Assembly: GCA_963765675.1 (NCBI GenBank)
Contig: CAVXXK010000001.1
Location: 1,312,001-1,376,000 of the forward strand
Reading direction: 5' to 3'
Length of the DNA: 64,000 nt
From: an uncultured delta proteobacterium
GTDB lineage: Bacteria > Desulfobacterota > Binatia > Binatales > Binataceae
Position numbers and translations under genes: made by a program
Shown: piece by piece, positions 20,740-30,974 of the stretch
Layout: every line of letters begins with the position of its first letter
Numbering within the stretch: position 1 is the stretch's first letter
Notes under the pieces: model-generated
Seen by the model: the letters and a program-made list of their open reading frames with translations, nothing else
The model's database searches: none
What the model was told of the DNA's origin: nothing

Positions 20740-20986
20740 TCGTCATTACCTGGGCAATCGTTTCGAGGTCTGGAACGGCGAGCGCGCATGGTACTGGCTC
20801 GTCTATAGCCCAAATCGCGGAATCGGTTCGATTGGCGTCGCGGCGACGGAAGCGGATGCCGTCGGCGAGGCGTATGCAGCAATCGAGGAAATCTCGGCGG
20901 TGGAAAACGCGCCGATTCCCGATTGGATGGCGTCACTTCAGAACCTCGAGCGGTATCTCGCTTGCGCAAATCACGTGAGCGCGTGA
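20732..20986 (+). CDS. Hypothetical protein
   Basis: AGGAG RBS, operon position, protein-like composition. Confidence 0.6.
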   Translation: MRSRHYLGNRFEVWNGERAWYWLVYSPNRGIGSIGVAATEADAVGEAYAAIEEISAVENAPIPDWMASLQNLERYLACANHVSA

Positions 20987-21018
20987 GGATACATACTCTT
21001 TTGAAGGGGAACTCAATC

Positions 21019-21908
21019 ATGGAAAAGGTGCTGGAATATTTCAGAACCTTCGGACCGATGACCACTCCGGGTCCGCAGGGCGCCGAGTTGCACGCGCTGC
21101 CCGACGACCTCGGGGCGCTGTGCGAGGTCGTGCAGGGCGTGCTAATACATCGCGACCTGGCGCCCTTCGCCTATGGCCTCAAGCTTTCGCCCGAGCGATA
21201 CGACGAAGGCAATCAGCGCTCGACCTCTGCGATGCTGGCGCGGATCGCGGCGCTCGACGATCGTCCGCTGACGCAGGCACGCGAGCCGCGCGCACGGATG
21301 GCGGTGGTCTGCCGGCATTTCGCCGTGATGCTGTCCGCGATGCTCCGCGAAAAAGGAATTCCGGCGCGTGCACGATGCGGCTTTGGCGGATACTTCACGC
21401 CCGGCAAGTTCGAGGATCATTGGGTATGCGAATACTGGAATGCTGAGCAGGCGCGATGGATTCTCGTTGACGCGCAACTCGACGCGATCCAGCGCAAAAC
21501 TTTCAGAATCGGGTTCGATACCCATGACGTGCCGCGCGACGGCTTTCGTGATCGCGGGCGACGCGTGGCAGATGTGCCGCTCCGGCCGCGCCGACCCTGC
21601 TCGCTTCGGCCTCACCTTCATCAACGAAAGCGGGCTGTGGTTTATCGCGCAAAACCTGTTGCGCGATCTCGCATCGCTCAACCGCATGGAGATGCTGCCC
21701 TGGGACGTCTGGGGCTCGATGCGCGAACCCGAAGTTCCGTTGAGTGACGACGATCTGTCCCTGTACGATCAGGCCGCGGCTCTCACGATGGGCGGTGACG
21801 CAAAGTTCCCGGAACTTCGCGAGATCTACGAATCCGACGATCGCGTGCGCGTGCCGGAGGTTGATTTTCAACGCGTCACGCAAAGTTCGCGAACCCGTTT
21901 TCAGTTAA
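21019..21908 (+). CDS. Transglutaminase-like protein with two apparent +1 frameshifts (near 21545 and 21862)
   Basis: Cys-His-Asp triad in VVCRHF, EDHWVCE, LVDAQ. Corrected reading: VPRDGFVIAGDAW...EMLPWDVWG...VPEVIFNASRKVREPVFS*. Confidence 0.75.
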
Positions 21909-21912
21909 TTCC

Positions 21913-22011
21913 ACCGGCCACAAAGACACCAAGACACAAAGAAAAACGAGCGGGTCTTTCCTCCTGGAAAGGCCTGCTTCTTCTTCGTGCCTTCGTGTCT
22001 TGGTGGCCGGT
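21913..22011. repeat. GCCACAAAGACACCAAG-type palindromic element, copy 2
   Basis: ACCGGCCACAAAGACACCAAGACACAAAG ... CTTCGTGTCTTGGTGGCCGGT with a different internal hairpin from copy 1. Confidence 0.8.
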
Positions 22012-22061
22012 TGGTTGGCCGCTTCTGTGAGGCTTGCGGGGCAGGTAATATCGATCTGCCC

Positions 22062-22682
22062 ATGATCGCAATCGTCGACTACCGCGCCGGAAATTTGACC
22101 AGCGTCAAACGTGCGCTCGAGTTTCTCGGCCATCGATGCGAGATCACCGACGACGCGGATAAAATTCGCAACGCCGAGCGCGTGATTCTGCCCGGGGTCG
22201 GCGCCGCGGGCGCCACGATGGAAAATCTGCGCGCGCTCGGGCTCGCCGACGTGCTCCGGCGCGATGTCGCGGCGGCGGGCAAGCCGTTTCTCGGTATCTG
22301 TATCGGAATCCAGGTGCTGTTCGACCGCAGCGAAGAGGACAGCGCCGATTGCCTGGGAGTTATCGCGGGCCATGTGACCCGTTACCCCGCGTCGATCGAT
22401 GGGAGAGCGCTCAAGGTTCCGCAAATCGGATGGAACCGCGTGCGGCAGACGCGGGCGCATCCGATTTTCGCCGGCGTGCCCGACAATACTCATTTCTACT
22501 TCGTGAATTCCTATTATCCAGTTCCCGCGGATCCTGCCGTCGTGATCGCCGAGTCGGACTACGGCGTGCAATTCGTCGCCGCGGTCGCGAGCGGCCATGT
22601 GATCGCGACGCAGTTCCATCTCGAAAAAAGCGGTACTGCCGGCCTCAAGCTGCTCGACAACTTCTGCCGACTCGAATTCTGA
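22062..22682 (+). CDS. hisH: Imidazole glycerol phosphate synthase, glutaminase subunit
   Basis: [27 protein letters not shown]. Confidence 0.95.
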   Translation: MIAIVDYRAGNLTSVKRALEFLGHRCEITDDADKIRNAERVILPGVGAAGATMENLRALGLADVLRRDVAAAGKPFLGICIGIQVLFDRSEEDSADCLGVIAGHVTRYPASIDGRALKVPQIGWNRVRQTRAHPIFAGVPDNTHFYFVNSYYPVPADPAVVIAESDYGVQFVAAVASGHVIATQFHLEKSGTAGLKLLDNFCRLEF

Positions 22683-23482
22683 TGCTCGCCAAACGAATCA
22701 TCCCGTGCCTCGACGTCCGCAACGGCTTGGTGACCAAAGGCGTCAAGTTCGCCGGCAACGCTGATATCGGCGATCCAGTCGCGATGGCGCGCCATTACTA
22801 CGAGCAGGGCGCCGACGAGCTCGTGTTCTATGACATCACGGCGTCGAATGAGCGGCGCGGGATCATGCTCGAAGTCGTAAGCCGCGTCGCGCGCGAGATC
22901 TTCATTCCGTTCAGCGTCGGCGGCGGATTGCGTACGCTCGAGGACATGCGCGCCGTGTTGCTGGCCGGAGCCGAGAAAGTCTCGATCGATTCCGGCGCGG
23001 TGCGCGACCCGAAAATTATTTCCGAGGGCGCGCGCGCATTCGGCAGCCAGTGTATCGTCCTCTCGATGCAGGTGCAGAAGACGGGAGTGCGCCCCGGTCT
23101 CGAATCGGGTTACGAAGTTGTGATCGACGGCGGCCGCGTCTTCACCGGTCGCGACGCGATCGCGTGGGCCCACGAGGGAGTGCGGCTCGGGGCGGGCGAG
23201 CTGGTGATCAACTCCATCGATCGCGACGGCACCAAGGCCGGCTATGATCTCGAAATCACCCGGCGCATCAGCGAGTCGGTCTCGATTCCTGTTGTCGCTT
23301 CGGGCGGCGCCGGCGCGCCCGAGCATTTGCGCGACGCGTTCATCGCCGGCGCGGCCGACGCCGCGATCGTCGCGTCCATCGTGCACTACGGCGAGTATCC
23401 GATTCCCGAGCTCAAGCGCTATCTTAAGGGCGCAGGCGTCGAGGTCCGCGACGCGATCCAATTGGAGGTTGGCGCTCGATGA
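22682..23482 (+). CDS. hisF: Imidazole glycerol phosphate synthase, cyclase subunit
   Basis: [38 protein letters not shown]. Confidence 0.97.
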   Translation: MLAKRIIPCLDVRNGLVTKGVKFAGNADIGDPVAMARHYYEQGADELVFYDITASNERRGIMLEVVSRVAREIFIPFSVGGGLRTLEDMRAVLLAGAEKVSIDSGAVRDPKIISEGARAFGSQCIVLSMQVQKTGVRPGLESGYEVVIDGGRVFTGRDAIAWAHEGVRLGAGELVINSIDRDGTKAGYDLEITRRISESVSIPVVASGGAGAPEHLRDAFIAGAADAAIVASIVHYGEYPIPELKRYLKGAGVEVRDAIQLEVGAR

Positions 23483-23892
23483 GGCTCGCGATCGTTGTTT
23501 CAGATTTCAACTACGATGTCACCGCGCTGATGCTCGAGCGGGCCGAACGCCACGCCGCACATCACGGCGCGCAGGTCGCGACGGTGGTGCACGTGCCGGG
23601 CGTGTTCGACATGGGTCCCGCGATCAAAAAGCTCATCCGGCGCAAGGATATCGACGCGATCGTGCTGCTTGGCGCGGTGATCAAGGGCGAGACCCAGCAC
23701 GATGAAGTCATCACGCACGCGACGGCCGACGCGGCGCTCCGGCTCGCGATCAAGCATGAGAAGCCGGTGGGTCTCGGAATCACCGGTCCGGGAATGACTC
23801 ATGAACAGGCGATGGAGCGGCTCGACAACGCCAAGAATGCGGTGGAAGCCGTGGTGCGGATGCTGAAAACGCTCAAAGAGATAGACGCGTAG
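23479..23892 (+). CDS. ribH: 6,7-dimethyl-8-ribityllumazine synthase (archaeal-like sequence)
   Basis: [36 protein letters not shown]. Confidence 0.88.
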   Translation: MRLAIVVSDFNYDVTALMLERAERHAAHHGAQVATVVHVPGVFDMGPAIKKLIRRKDIDAIVLLGAVIKGETQHDEVITHATADAALRLAIKHEKPVGLGITGPGMTHEQAMERLDNAKNAVEAVVRMLKTLKEIDA

Positions 23893-23988
23893 CCGGAGGC
23901 TACGCGATCGCTTGTTGAGAAAGTGTGCGCGCGCGCGTTGAGACGCCGGTCTCAACTTTCTATACTCGGCTCTCGGTTGGCGGTGAAG

Positions 23989-24810
23989 ATGGAAGAGGCG
24001 GTAGGGCGGGGAGCAACATTCTCGACGCGAACGGCTGCGAGAATTCTCGCGGTCTCCCCGGAAAGAATTCGCTACTGGGTCAGGCGGCAGTTGGTTAATC
24101 CAACCGCGACGCAGGGCCGCAACTATCGCTTCGCATTCAACGACCTGCTCGTGATGCGCCTGACCAAAGAGCTCCTCAGCGCGCGGCGCCATCTGGAGCC
24201 GATGCAGCGATGCCTCGCGCGGGTGCGCGAGCTGGTCGATCCCGCGCGTTCCGTCACCTCGCTCAAGCTCGTCAACGACGAGGGCCGGATCGTGGTCAGC
24301 GAAGGCGGGATAATGATCGAGGCGGAGAGCGGACAACTGCTGCTCGATTTTCGCGTCGAGCGGCCGACTGGAAAGATCGAAGAGGGCTTTGGTCCGGCAC
24401 GCGTGCGCGAGCGCTTTGAAGAGGCGCGACGCATAGCAGAGCAGGATCCGCTGAAGGCGCTGACGATCTACAGCGAGCTGGTTGGCCGCGAGCCCGGTAA
24501 CTTCGAAGCGCACATGCGCCTCGCCACGCTGCTCGAACGCGAGGGCGATTTACACGGCGCGCTGCGCCATCTGCTCGGCGCGGCCGCGATCATGCCTGCC
24601 AGCGCCGAGGTTCATCTGCGTCTGGGCGTCCTGTATCGCAAGAAAGAAGAAACCCAACACGCGCTGCGCAGTTTTCTGCGCGCGGTCGATTGCGACCCCA
24701 CCAACGTCGAAGCCCATCGCAACGTCGCCGAACTGTTCGAAGCCCAAGGCCGCAAGCGCGACGCCCAAAAGCACCTGAGCGCGATCCATCGCCTAATCAA
24801 GGGCGATTAG
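23989..24810 (+). CDS. MerR-type HTH plus TPR protein
   Basis: AARILAVSPERIRYW and YRFAFNDL, SGQLLLDF linker, C-terminal TPR repeats. Confidence 0.8.
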   Translation: MEEAVGRGATFSTRTAARILAVSPERIRYWVRRQLVNPTATQGRNYRFAFNDLLVMRLTKELLSARRHLEPMQRCLARVRELVDPARSVTSLKLVNDEGRIVVSEGGIMIEAESGQLLLDFRVERPTGKIEEGFGPARVRERFEEARRIAEQDPLKALTIYSELVGREPGNFEAHMRLATLLEREGDLHGALRHLLGAAAIMPASAEVHLRLGVLYRKKEETQHALRSFLRAVDCDPTNVEAHRNVAELFEAQGRKRDAQKHLSAIHRLIKGD

Positions 24811-25109
24811 CCCACAAACCAACGCGTCCATCCGTTGATGCGAGTTACCAGGCGTCCGCGATTAAGCTGGTAGATTCGAGTGCGCCCAACCTGGCGGACG
24901 GTGACGATCTCCGAGCGAACGAGCGTCGCGAGATGTCGTGTAACGGTCGGCCATCGGCACGAAAACCGATCGGCGATTTCGCCCGCCGTCATCGCACCGC
25001 CGCGAAAGTTCAGAACCAACAGGATTTCGCGGCGGGTGGGATGCGCAAGCGCTGCGAACATCGCCTGCTCGACATTGCGTTCCGCGACGGACGCCGCTCG
25101 GCGCTTCAA
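24807..25109 (-). CDS. ArsR/SmtB family regulator
   Basis: FAALAHPTRREIL, AGEIADRF, TVTRHL. TTG start overlaps the upstream TGA; start uncertain. Confidence 0.8.
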   Translation of the reverse strand: MKRRAASVAERNVEQAMFAALAHPTRREILLVLNFRGGAMTAGEIADRFSCRWPTVTRHLATLVRSEIVTVRQVGRTRIYQLNRGRLVTRINGWTRWFVG

Positions 25110-25435
25110 CCTGAGACCGGCTCGAAGTGCGGAAATTCCATCGCTGGCCGCCCATCGCGCGACTCGCAAAGTTTTTCCATCGGCTCCCAGATGGCCAAAA
25201 CTTCCGGCATGGTGTGAGCGGTCTGGAACGCACGCGGTTTCCAGGCGAACACCTCCACGAAATCACTACGACGGTCCTTTCCGAGCCCGCGCAGCATCAG
25301 CCGGGGTGTAGCCGTAACCAGACCGAGCCGTTTGAGTGTCGGCCAATGAAGTGTGAGCAGGCGACGGAAGGCAGTCTCTTTGCCGGGTTTGACCCGATAA
25401 GTACACACAACCACTTGCGGTTTTGACGGTGCCAT
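25106..25435 (-). CDS. Hypothetical protein (dimeric alpha/beta barrel-like)
   Basis: YRVKPGKE, HWPTL, FVEVFAW; GGAGG RBS. Confidence 0.7.
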   Translation of the reverse strand: MAPSKPQVVVCTYRVKPGKETAFRRLLTLHWPTLKRLGLVTATPRLMLRGLGKDRRSDFVEVFAWKPRAFQTAHTMPEVLAIWEPMEKLCESRDGRPAMEFPHFEPVSG

Positions 25436-25472
25436 GGAACCTCCCCAGCTGACAAATCTAGAGACATGAAAC

Positions 25473-25501
25473 TATTTAGCGGCAAAGCTAAGTAATGTCC
25501 A
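25473..25501 (-). promoter_or_regulatory. Promoter with an ArsR-type palindromic operator
   Basis: TTAGC-N6-GCTAA palindrome inside TGGACA-N17-TAAATA on the minus strand. Confidence 0.55.
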
Positions 25502-25688
25502 ACCGAAGAGTCGAAGTTGCTACGCTACCGAGTCACCGAAGACGTGCTGAGGCTCGGGACCGGGCCATCACCGCAACTCACCAATCCCAGCGGATCGCGA
25601 ATTGAGAATCCACGCAAAGCGACTTCCGTCTTTACGCGGCGGACGCACCTTGAATCGGCGCGATCGTGGGCGATAAGCTCGGATTACG

Positions 25689-26030
25689 ATGCCCACGCGG
25701 GACACCCTCAAACGAATCGATATTTTGCGCCACGAGCTCAAGGCGCTGCGCTTTATTCTGGATAATTTTCATGCCGGCAAGCTCAGCGCCGATGCGCTGC
25801 CGCCGCGCGAGGACTTTCAGTCCGAGCAGGCTCGTGTGCTCTACGATGAAATTGTCGGGGCGCCCTCGCGTGCGGCGGCTGAAGCGAAGATTGCGGAGCT
25901 CGAGCTGACGGACGTCGATATCGATTCATTCCTTCATCTTACCGGCGAGCATTACTACACTTACCCCGCGCTGGTGCGCGAGCGGGCGGCGGCGATCGCG
26001 GCGGGCACAATCCGGATCGAAGACGCTTGA
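25689..26030 (+). CDS. Hypothetical protein
   Basis: Typical codon usage; coupled (TTGA) to the next ORF. Confidence 0.65.
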   Translation: MPTRDTLKRIDILRHELKALRFILDNFHAGKLSADALPPREDFQSEQARVLYDEIVGAPSRAAAEAKIAELELTDVDIDSFLHLTGEHYYTYPALVRERAAAIAAGTIRIEDA

Positions 26031-26377
26031 GTGCGCGTCGCGAATTGCATTTTCTGCTCGATAGCCACGGTGCTCTGATCGCGTTCCAGACCACCGGCGC
26101 GTCGTGGGCCGCGGTGCTCGCGTTCACCTCCGAACCGCGCGCCCGCGAATTCGTCCGCCAGAGCAATCTCGACGCTGCCGAGATCGCCGCGATCGATTCT
26201 GCCGATGCCGCCGCCGTCGCGGAGCTGGTGCGAAACGTCAAGCGCCGCGCCATCCGGAATCTCCTGCTCGATCTCGATTACGCGTCCGGCAAATGCCTCG
26301 CGATCGAATTCGAGGGAGACGCGCTGGGTATCGCGCGCGACTATCAGATAACCGCTCCCGCTAAAGCTTCGCATTGA
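26027..26377 (+). CDS. Hypothetical protein (weakly SseB-like)
   Basis: AVLAFTS motif; in an operon with the threonine ammonia-lyase. Confidence 0.6.
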   Translation: MSARRELHFLLDSHGALIAFQTTGASWAAVLAFTSEPRAREFVRQSNLDAAEIAAIDSADAAAVAELVRNVKRRAIRNLLLDLDYASGKCLAIEFEGDALGIARDYQITAPAKASH

Positions 26378-26384
26378 TATCCAG

Positions 26385-27608
26385 ATGTCTGTCACGATCG
26401 ACGATATCGAGCTCGCGCGGCGCCGCCTCGGCGGTATTATCGAGCCGACGCCGCTTATCCCGAGTGCCACGCTCAGCCGGATGCTCGGCGCCGAAGTTTT
26501 CATCAAGCCGGAGAATCTTCAGAAGACCGGGTCGTTCAAAATTCGCGGAGCTTACAACCGGATCGCCGCGCTGTCCGACGAGGAAAGAGCGCGCGGCGTG
26601 ATCGCGGCCTCGGCCGGAAATCATGGTCAGGCGCTCGCCTACGCGGCCACGCGCGCGGGCGTGAAGGCGACGATCGTGATGCCCGAGACGGCAGCGATCG
26701 CGAAAGTCGCTGCGACGCGAAATTACGGCCAGGCGGTCATCCTCGAAGGTATCGACTACCAGGCGGCGCGCGTCGCAGCGGGCCGCATCTGCGGCGAGTC
26801 GGGTGCTGTGTTCGTCGATGCGTACGACGACGCGCATGTCGTCGCGGGACAGGGAACTATCGGCCTCGAGATCGCGCACGAGCTTGGCGGCACAAAGCGC
26901 GCCGATGCGGTGCTCGTTCCGGTCGGCGGCGGAGGATTGATCGCGGGAATCGCGGTCGCGCTCGAGGCGCTGTCCCCGGCAACCGAAGTTGTCGGCGTCG
27001 AGGCCGCCGGCGCTGCACAACTCAGCGCAAGCCTCGCCGCCGATCATGCCACCTCGATCGGAAAGCCGGTCGATACGATTGCAGACGGTCTCGCCACCGG
27101 ACGAATCGGCGAGATTCCGTACGGCCTGATTCGTGGACGCGTGAAGCGTGCCGTAACCGTCGACGATTTCGAGATTGGCGCCGCGGTGCTGCTGATGCTC
27201 GAGCGGATGAAGCTGCTGGCCGAGGGCGCTGGCGCCGCCGCTCTGGCCGGCGCGCTGAAGCTTGGTGCCGAGCTGAAGGACAAGCGAATCGTCGTGGTGG
27301 TGAGCGGCGGAAATATCGATATCAACCTTCTCGACCGAATCATCGGCCATGGACTCGCGAAGATGGGGCGGCTCTATCGGATTGCGCTGTCGCTGCACGA
27401 TCGCCCGGGCGAGCTAAGCCTGCTGCTTGCCCAGATCGGCAAGATGGGAGCGAACGTGCGCGTGATCGATCACGACCGCACACGGCGCGACGTCGCGATC
27501 GGCGGCGTGTATGTGAGCCTGGAACTGGAGACGCGCGGCCCCGAGCATATCGCCGCGATCCATGCGCATCTGCGCAAGGCCGGCTACGACATCACCGAAG
27601 AAAATTAG
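26385..27608 (+). CDS. ilvA: Threonine ammonia-lyase with C-terminal ACT domain
   Basis: KPENLQKTGSFKIRGA, SAGNH, VGGGGL, SGGNID, DRPGEL. Confidence 0.9.
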   Translation: MSVTIDDIELARRRLGGIIEPTPLIPSATLSRMLGAEVFIKPENLQKTGSFKIRGAYNRIAALSDEERARGVIAASAGNHGQALAYAATRAGVKATIVMPETAAIAKVAATRNYGQAVILEGIDYQAARVAAGRICGESGAVFVDAYDDAHVVAGQGTIGLEIAHELGGTKRADAVLVPVGGGGLIAGIAVALEALSPATEVVGVEAAGAAQLSASLAADHATSIGKPVDTIADGLATGRIGEIPYGLIRGRVKRAVTVDDFEIGAAVLLMLERMKLLAEGAGAAALAGALKLGAELKDKRIVVVVSGGNIDINLLDRIIGHGLAKMGRLYRIALSLHDRPGELSLLLAQIGKMGANVRVIDHDRTRRDVAIGGVYVSLELETRGPEHIAAIHAHLRKAGYDITEEN

Positions 27609-27641
27609 TTGCTCGCGCGATTGCGATCCTGACGCGCGCGA

Positions 27642-28484
27642 TCAGGTGAACATCGCGGAGATACCCTTGGGGCGGACCAGCTTGCCCGCGGGCTTCATCT
27701 CGCGGCCGAGTTCGATGACGCGCTTTTTGAACGCTTCCATCTCGGCCGTCTGTCTCGCGGCGAAAGCTTCGCGCTCGCGCTGTTGACGACGCTCGATCGC
27801 CTCCTGCTCGGCACGGCGGCGAGCGTAGAAATTCTCGAAGGTCTCGCGCACCTCACGCGCCATCGTCGATTTCGGTACATACGAGCCCGAGCACGACGGG
27901 CAGTAGAAAACCACGCCGGCCTGAAAATGTCGGTACGGGATCGAAAACGTTTCGCCGCAATCCTTGCACACAACCGGCACTTCCCACGCGATCGGATTGA
28001 ACTCCTCGCTGAGCCCCGCCTGCGCTGGAGCTGACGCCGCTGCTGCCGGAGCAGGTTTGGGCGCCGCAGGTGCCGCCGCCGCAGGTTTTGGCGCCGAGGC
28101 CGCAGCGCCTGCGTCCGCGGCTGGCGCTGCCACCGGTGCCGCTTCGCCGCCCGCTTTGCGAAAGCGCGAGGGTGCGTCGTCGGGAAAAGTCTCCTCAGGA
28201 TGAAGCTCGCGCGCCCGGGCGAGCAACACCGCTTCGGTTTCGGGATTGGCCGGGTCGGGCACGCAGCAATCTACCGGGCAAACCGCCGCGCAGGCTTCAT
28301 GATCATGAAACCCGACACACTCCGTGCATTTGGCCGGTACGATATAGAAAATATCCTGCGCGATCGCCGGGCTGATCGCACCGTTCAATTCCCATTCGAC
28401 TCCGCCGGCGTAAATCGCGGTATTCGGACATTCCGGCTCGCAGGCGCCGCAATTGATGCATTCGCTGGTGATGGTCGTTGACAT
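27642..28484 (-). CDS. YfhL-type 2[4Fe-4S] ferredoxin fused through a Pro/Ala linker to a zinc-ribbon/coiled-coil domain
   Basis: CINCGACEPECP, CTECVG...CAAVCPVDCC; CKDC and CPSC in the C-terminal part. Confidence 0.85.
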   Translation of the reverse strand: MSTTITSECINCGACEPECPNTAIYAGGVEWELNGAISPAIAQDIFYIVPAKCTECVGFHDHEACAAVCPVDCCVPDPANPETEAVLLARARELHPEETFPDDAPSRFRKAGGEAAPVAAPAADAGAAASAPKPAAAAPAAPKPAPAAAASAPAQAGLSEEFNPIAWEVPVVCKDCGETFSIPYRHFQAGVVFYCPSCSGSYVPKSTMAREVRETFENFYARRRAEQEAIERRQQREREAFAARQTAEMEAFKKRVIELGREMKPAGKLVRPKGISAMFT

Positions 28485-28651
28485 GTCTGGGCGTCGTTCC
28501 TGTTCAAGCAGTCTGAATTAACTATCCCTGAATGATCTTTAGCAATCCTGATGCAGCCCGGCAAACACGCCCGCGAATTCGTTTTTCGGGCGTGCGGGTT
28601 TTGACTATGCTTGCGCCAAGACCGCGGTACGTCGACCGCAGGAGTTGTTTC

Positions 28652-29839
28652 ATGGATCTGAATTTCAATCACGAAGAAGATGAATTTCGCCTCAAGGTTC
28701 GCCGATTCCTCGAAGAGAATCTGCCCAAGAGTGGCCTCGGCGCCGGACGCGAGGGGCGCGAAGACAAAGCCTGGCTCGATAAGTCAAAAGCGTGGCAGCG
28801 CAAGCTGCATGAAGCGGGCTACGTCGCGCTCGCGTGGCCGAAAGAGTACGGCGGCCAGGCGATGGACCCGATCAGGCAATCGATCGTCAACGACGAGATG
28901 GTGCGCGCCAACGCGCCTTATCTGCCCGGCGGATCGGGCCTCGGGATGCTCGGGCCGACGCTGATTTCGTGGGGCACCGAGGAGCAGAAAAAACGCTACC
29001 TGCCGAAAATTCTGACCGGCGAAGAAATCTGGTGCCAGGGATATTCGGAGCCCGGCTCGGGCTCGGACTTGGCCTCGCTGCGCACGCGCGCGGAGATCGT
29101 CGGCGACGAATTCGTCGTCAACGGCCAGAAGGTCTGGACCTCGGGCGCGCAACACGCCGACATGATGTTCTGCCTGGTGCGCACCGACCCCGAGGCGCCG
29201 AAGCATCGCGGAATTTCTTACATCCTGATCGACATGCACTCGCCCGGTATTACCGTGCGTCCTCTGGTGCAGATGACCGGCGACCGCGGCTTCAACGAAG
29301 TTTTCTTCGACAACGTTCGCGTGCCGCGCAAAAACCTGGTCGGCAAGCTCAACGAGGGCTGGATCGTCGCCAACGCCACTCTGTTCCACGAGCGCAACAT
29401 GCTTGGCTCCGCGACCGGCAGCGAGCAGCGCTTCAACCGCCTGCTCGCGATCGCCAAGAAGATCAAACGCGGCGGCCGCGCGCTCACCGAGGATCCGGTC
29501 TTTCGCCAGCGCCTGGTCGATCTGGAAATCCGGGTCGAGGCGATGCGCTATCATTCGCTGCGCCAGCTCACCGATCAGATTCGCGGCAAAAATCCCGGCG
29601 TCGAGGGATGGATCAACAAGCTGGTTGGCACCGAGCTCAATCACGACCTCGCCACCGCCGCGATGGAAGCGCTCGGCGACTACTCGATGCTCTCGCGCGA
29701 GGACGGCGCGGCGCTCGATCATGGTTACTGGCCGTACGAATGGATGTTCTCGCTGGGGTTGGTGATCGGCGGCGGTACTTCGCACATCCAGAAGAACATC
29801 ATCGCGGAACGCGGCCTCAAGATGCCGAAGTCGCGCTGA
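28652..29839 (+). CDS. Acyl-CoA dehydrogenase
   Basis: WCQGYSEPGSGSDLASL, NGQKVWTS, FNEVFFD; AGGAG RBS. Confidence 0.93.
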   Translation: MDLNFNHEEDEFRLKVRRFLEENLPKSGLGAGREGREDKAWLDKSKAWQRKLHEAGYVALAWPKEYGGQAMDPIRQSIVNDEMVRANAPYLPGGSGLGMLGPTLISWGTEEQKKRYLPKILTGEEIWCQGYSEPGSGSDLASLRTRAEIVGDEFVVNGQKVWTSGAQHADMMFCLVRTDPEAPKHRGISYILIDMHSPGITVRPLVQMTGDRGFNEVFFDNVRVPRKNLVGKLNEGWIVANATLFHERNMLGSATGSEQRFNRLLAIAKKIKRGGRALTEDPVFRQRLVDLEIRVEAMRYHSLRQLTDQIRGKNPGVEGWINKLVGTELNHDLATAAMEALGDYSMLSREDGAALDHGYWPYEWMFSLGLVIGGGTSHIQKNIIAERGLKMPKSR

Positions 29840-29861
29840 CGGAACAGGAAATTTATCAAAA

Positions 29862-30974
29862 ATGGATTTCGGACTCAGCGAAGAACAGCAGGCACTTAAA
29901 ACGAGCGCGCGCGAATTTCTGGCCGGCGAATGCGCGACCGCCGTCGTGCGCAAGGCGATGGCCTCCGATAACGGCTGCGCGCCGGAGCTCGAACGCGAGA
30001 TTGCGAAGCTCGGATGGACCGGCCTAATCGTACCGGAAAAATTCGGCGGCGCGGGTCTCGGGACGCTCGACATGGCGGTGATCCTCGAAGAGCAGGGTTA
30101 CGCCGCGATGCCGGGGCCGTTCCTGTTTTCCTCCGCGCTGGCGGCCGACGCGCTCGCGCACGGCGGCTCCGACGAGCTGAACGCCAAATGGCTGCGCGGG
30201 ATCGCCGACGGCAGCGCGGTCGGCACGGTCGCGATCGTCGAGGGCGACGATAGCCTCTCGCCGGCGGATTTCGCGACCGTCGCGAAAAAGGACGGCGCAT
30301 CGGCGCGAATCTCGGGCGTCAAGATGTTCGTGCCGTATGGCAACGCCGCGGACTTTATCATCGTCGCCGCGCGACCCAACGCGGATATCGCGGACGCCGC
30401 GCTCTACCTCGTCGAGACGAAATCAGCGGGCATCCGCGCGACCGAGCTTAAGAATCTCGACCAGACGCGGCGAGTAGCGCGAGTCGAGTTCGACGGCGCG
30501 GTGGCGACTCCCCTTTCCGGCGGCACGAAGCTCTATTCGCGCCTGCTCGATATCGGCGCGGTCGCAATCGCGGCGGACTCACTCGGCGGAATCGAGCGCG
30601 CGCTCGACATGGCGGTTGACTACTCGAAAGTGCGCGAACAGTTCGGCAAACCGATCGGATCCTTCCAGGCGCTCAAGCATGCCGCCGCCGAAATTCTTTC
30701 CGAGCTCGAGCCCGGCCGCGCGCTCTTGTGGTACGCCGCCTACGCGCAAGACGCCGCGCCCGACAAGGCGTCGCGCGTTGCCTCGATGGCAAAGGCGCGG
30801 CTGTGCGACGTCTTCATGCGCGGCGCCGATCGCGCGGTGCTGATGCACGGTGGAATCGGCTTCACCTGGGAGCACGACATCCATCTGTGGTTCAAGCGCG
30901 CGCGCTTCAACGAAGCGTACTTCGGCTCGCCTGCGTATCATCGGGAATGCGTCGCGCAGCTCGGCGACTACTGA
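29862..30974 (+). CDS. Acyl-CoA dehydrogenase (probable partner subunit)
   Basis: REQFGKPIGSFQA, HGGIGFTWEHD. Confidence 0.92.
   Translation: MDFGLSEEQQALKTSAREFLAGECATAVVRKAMASDNGCAPELEREIAKLGWTGLIVPEKFGGAGLGTLDMAVILEEQGYAAMPGPFLFSSALAADALAHGGSDELNAKWLRGIADGSAVGTVAIVEGDDSLSPADFATVAKKDGASARISGVKMFVPYGNAADFIIVAARPNADIADAALYLVETKSAGIRATELKNLDQTRRVARVEFDGAVATPLSGGTKLYSRLLDIGAVAIAADSLGGIERALDMAVDYSKVREQFGKPIGSFQALKHAAAEILSELEPGRALLWYAAYAQDAAPDKASRVASMAKARLCDVFMRGADRAVLMHGGIGFTWEHDIHLWFKRARFNEAYFGSPAYHRECVAQLGDY

Noticed and set aside
25517-25765. 82-aa ORF between divergent operons
   Set aside because: TTG start without RBS, overlaps the next gene, no motif.
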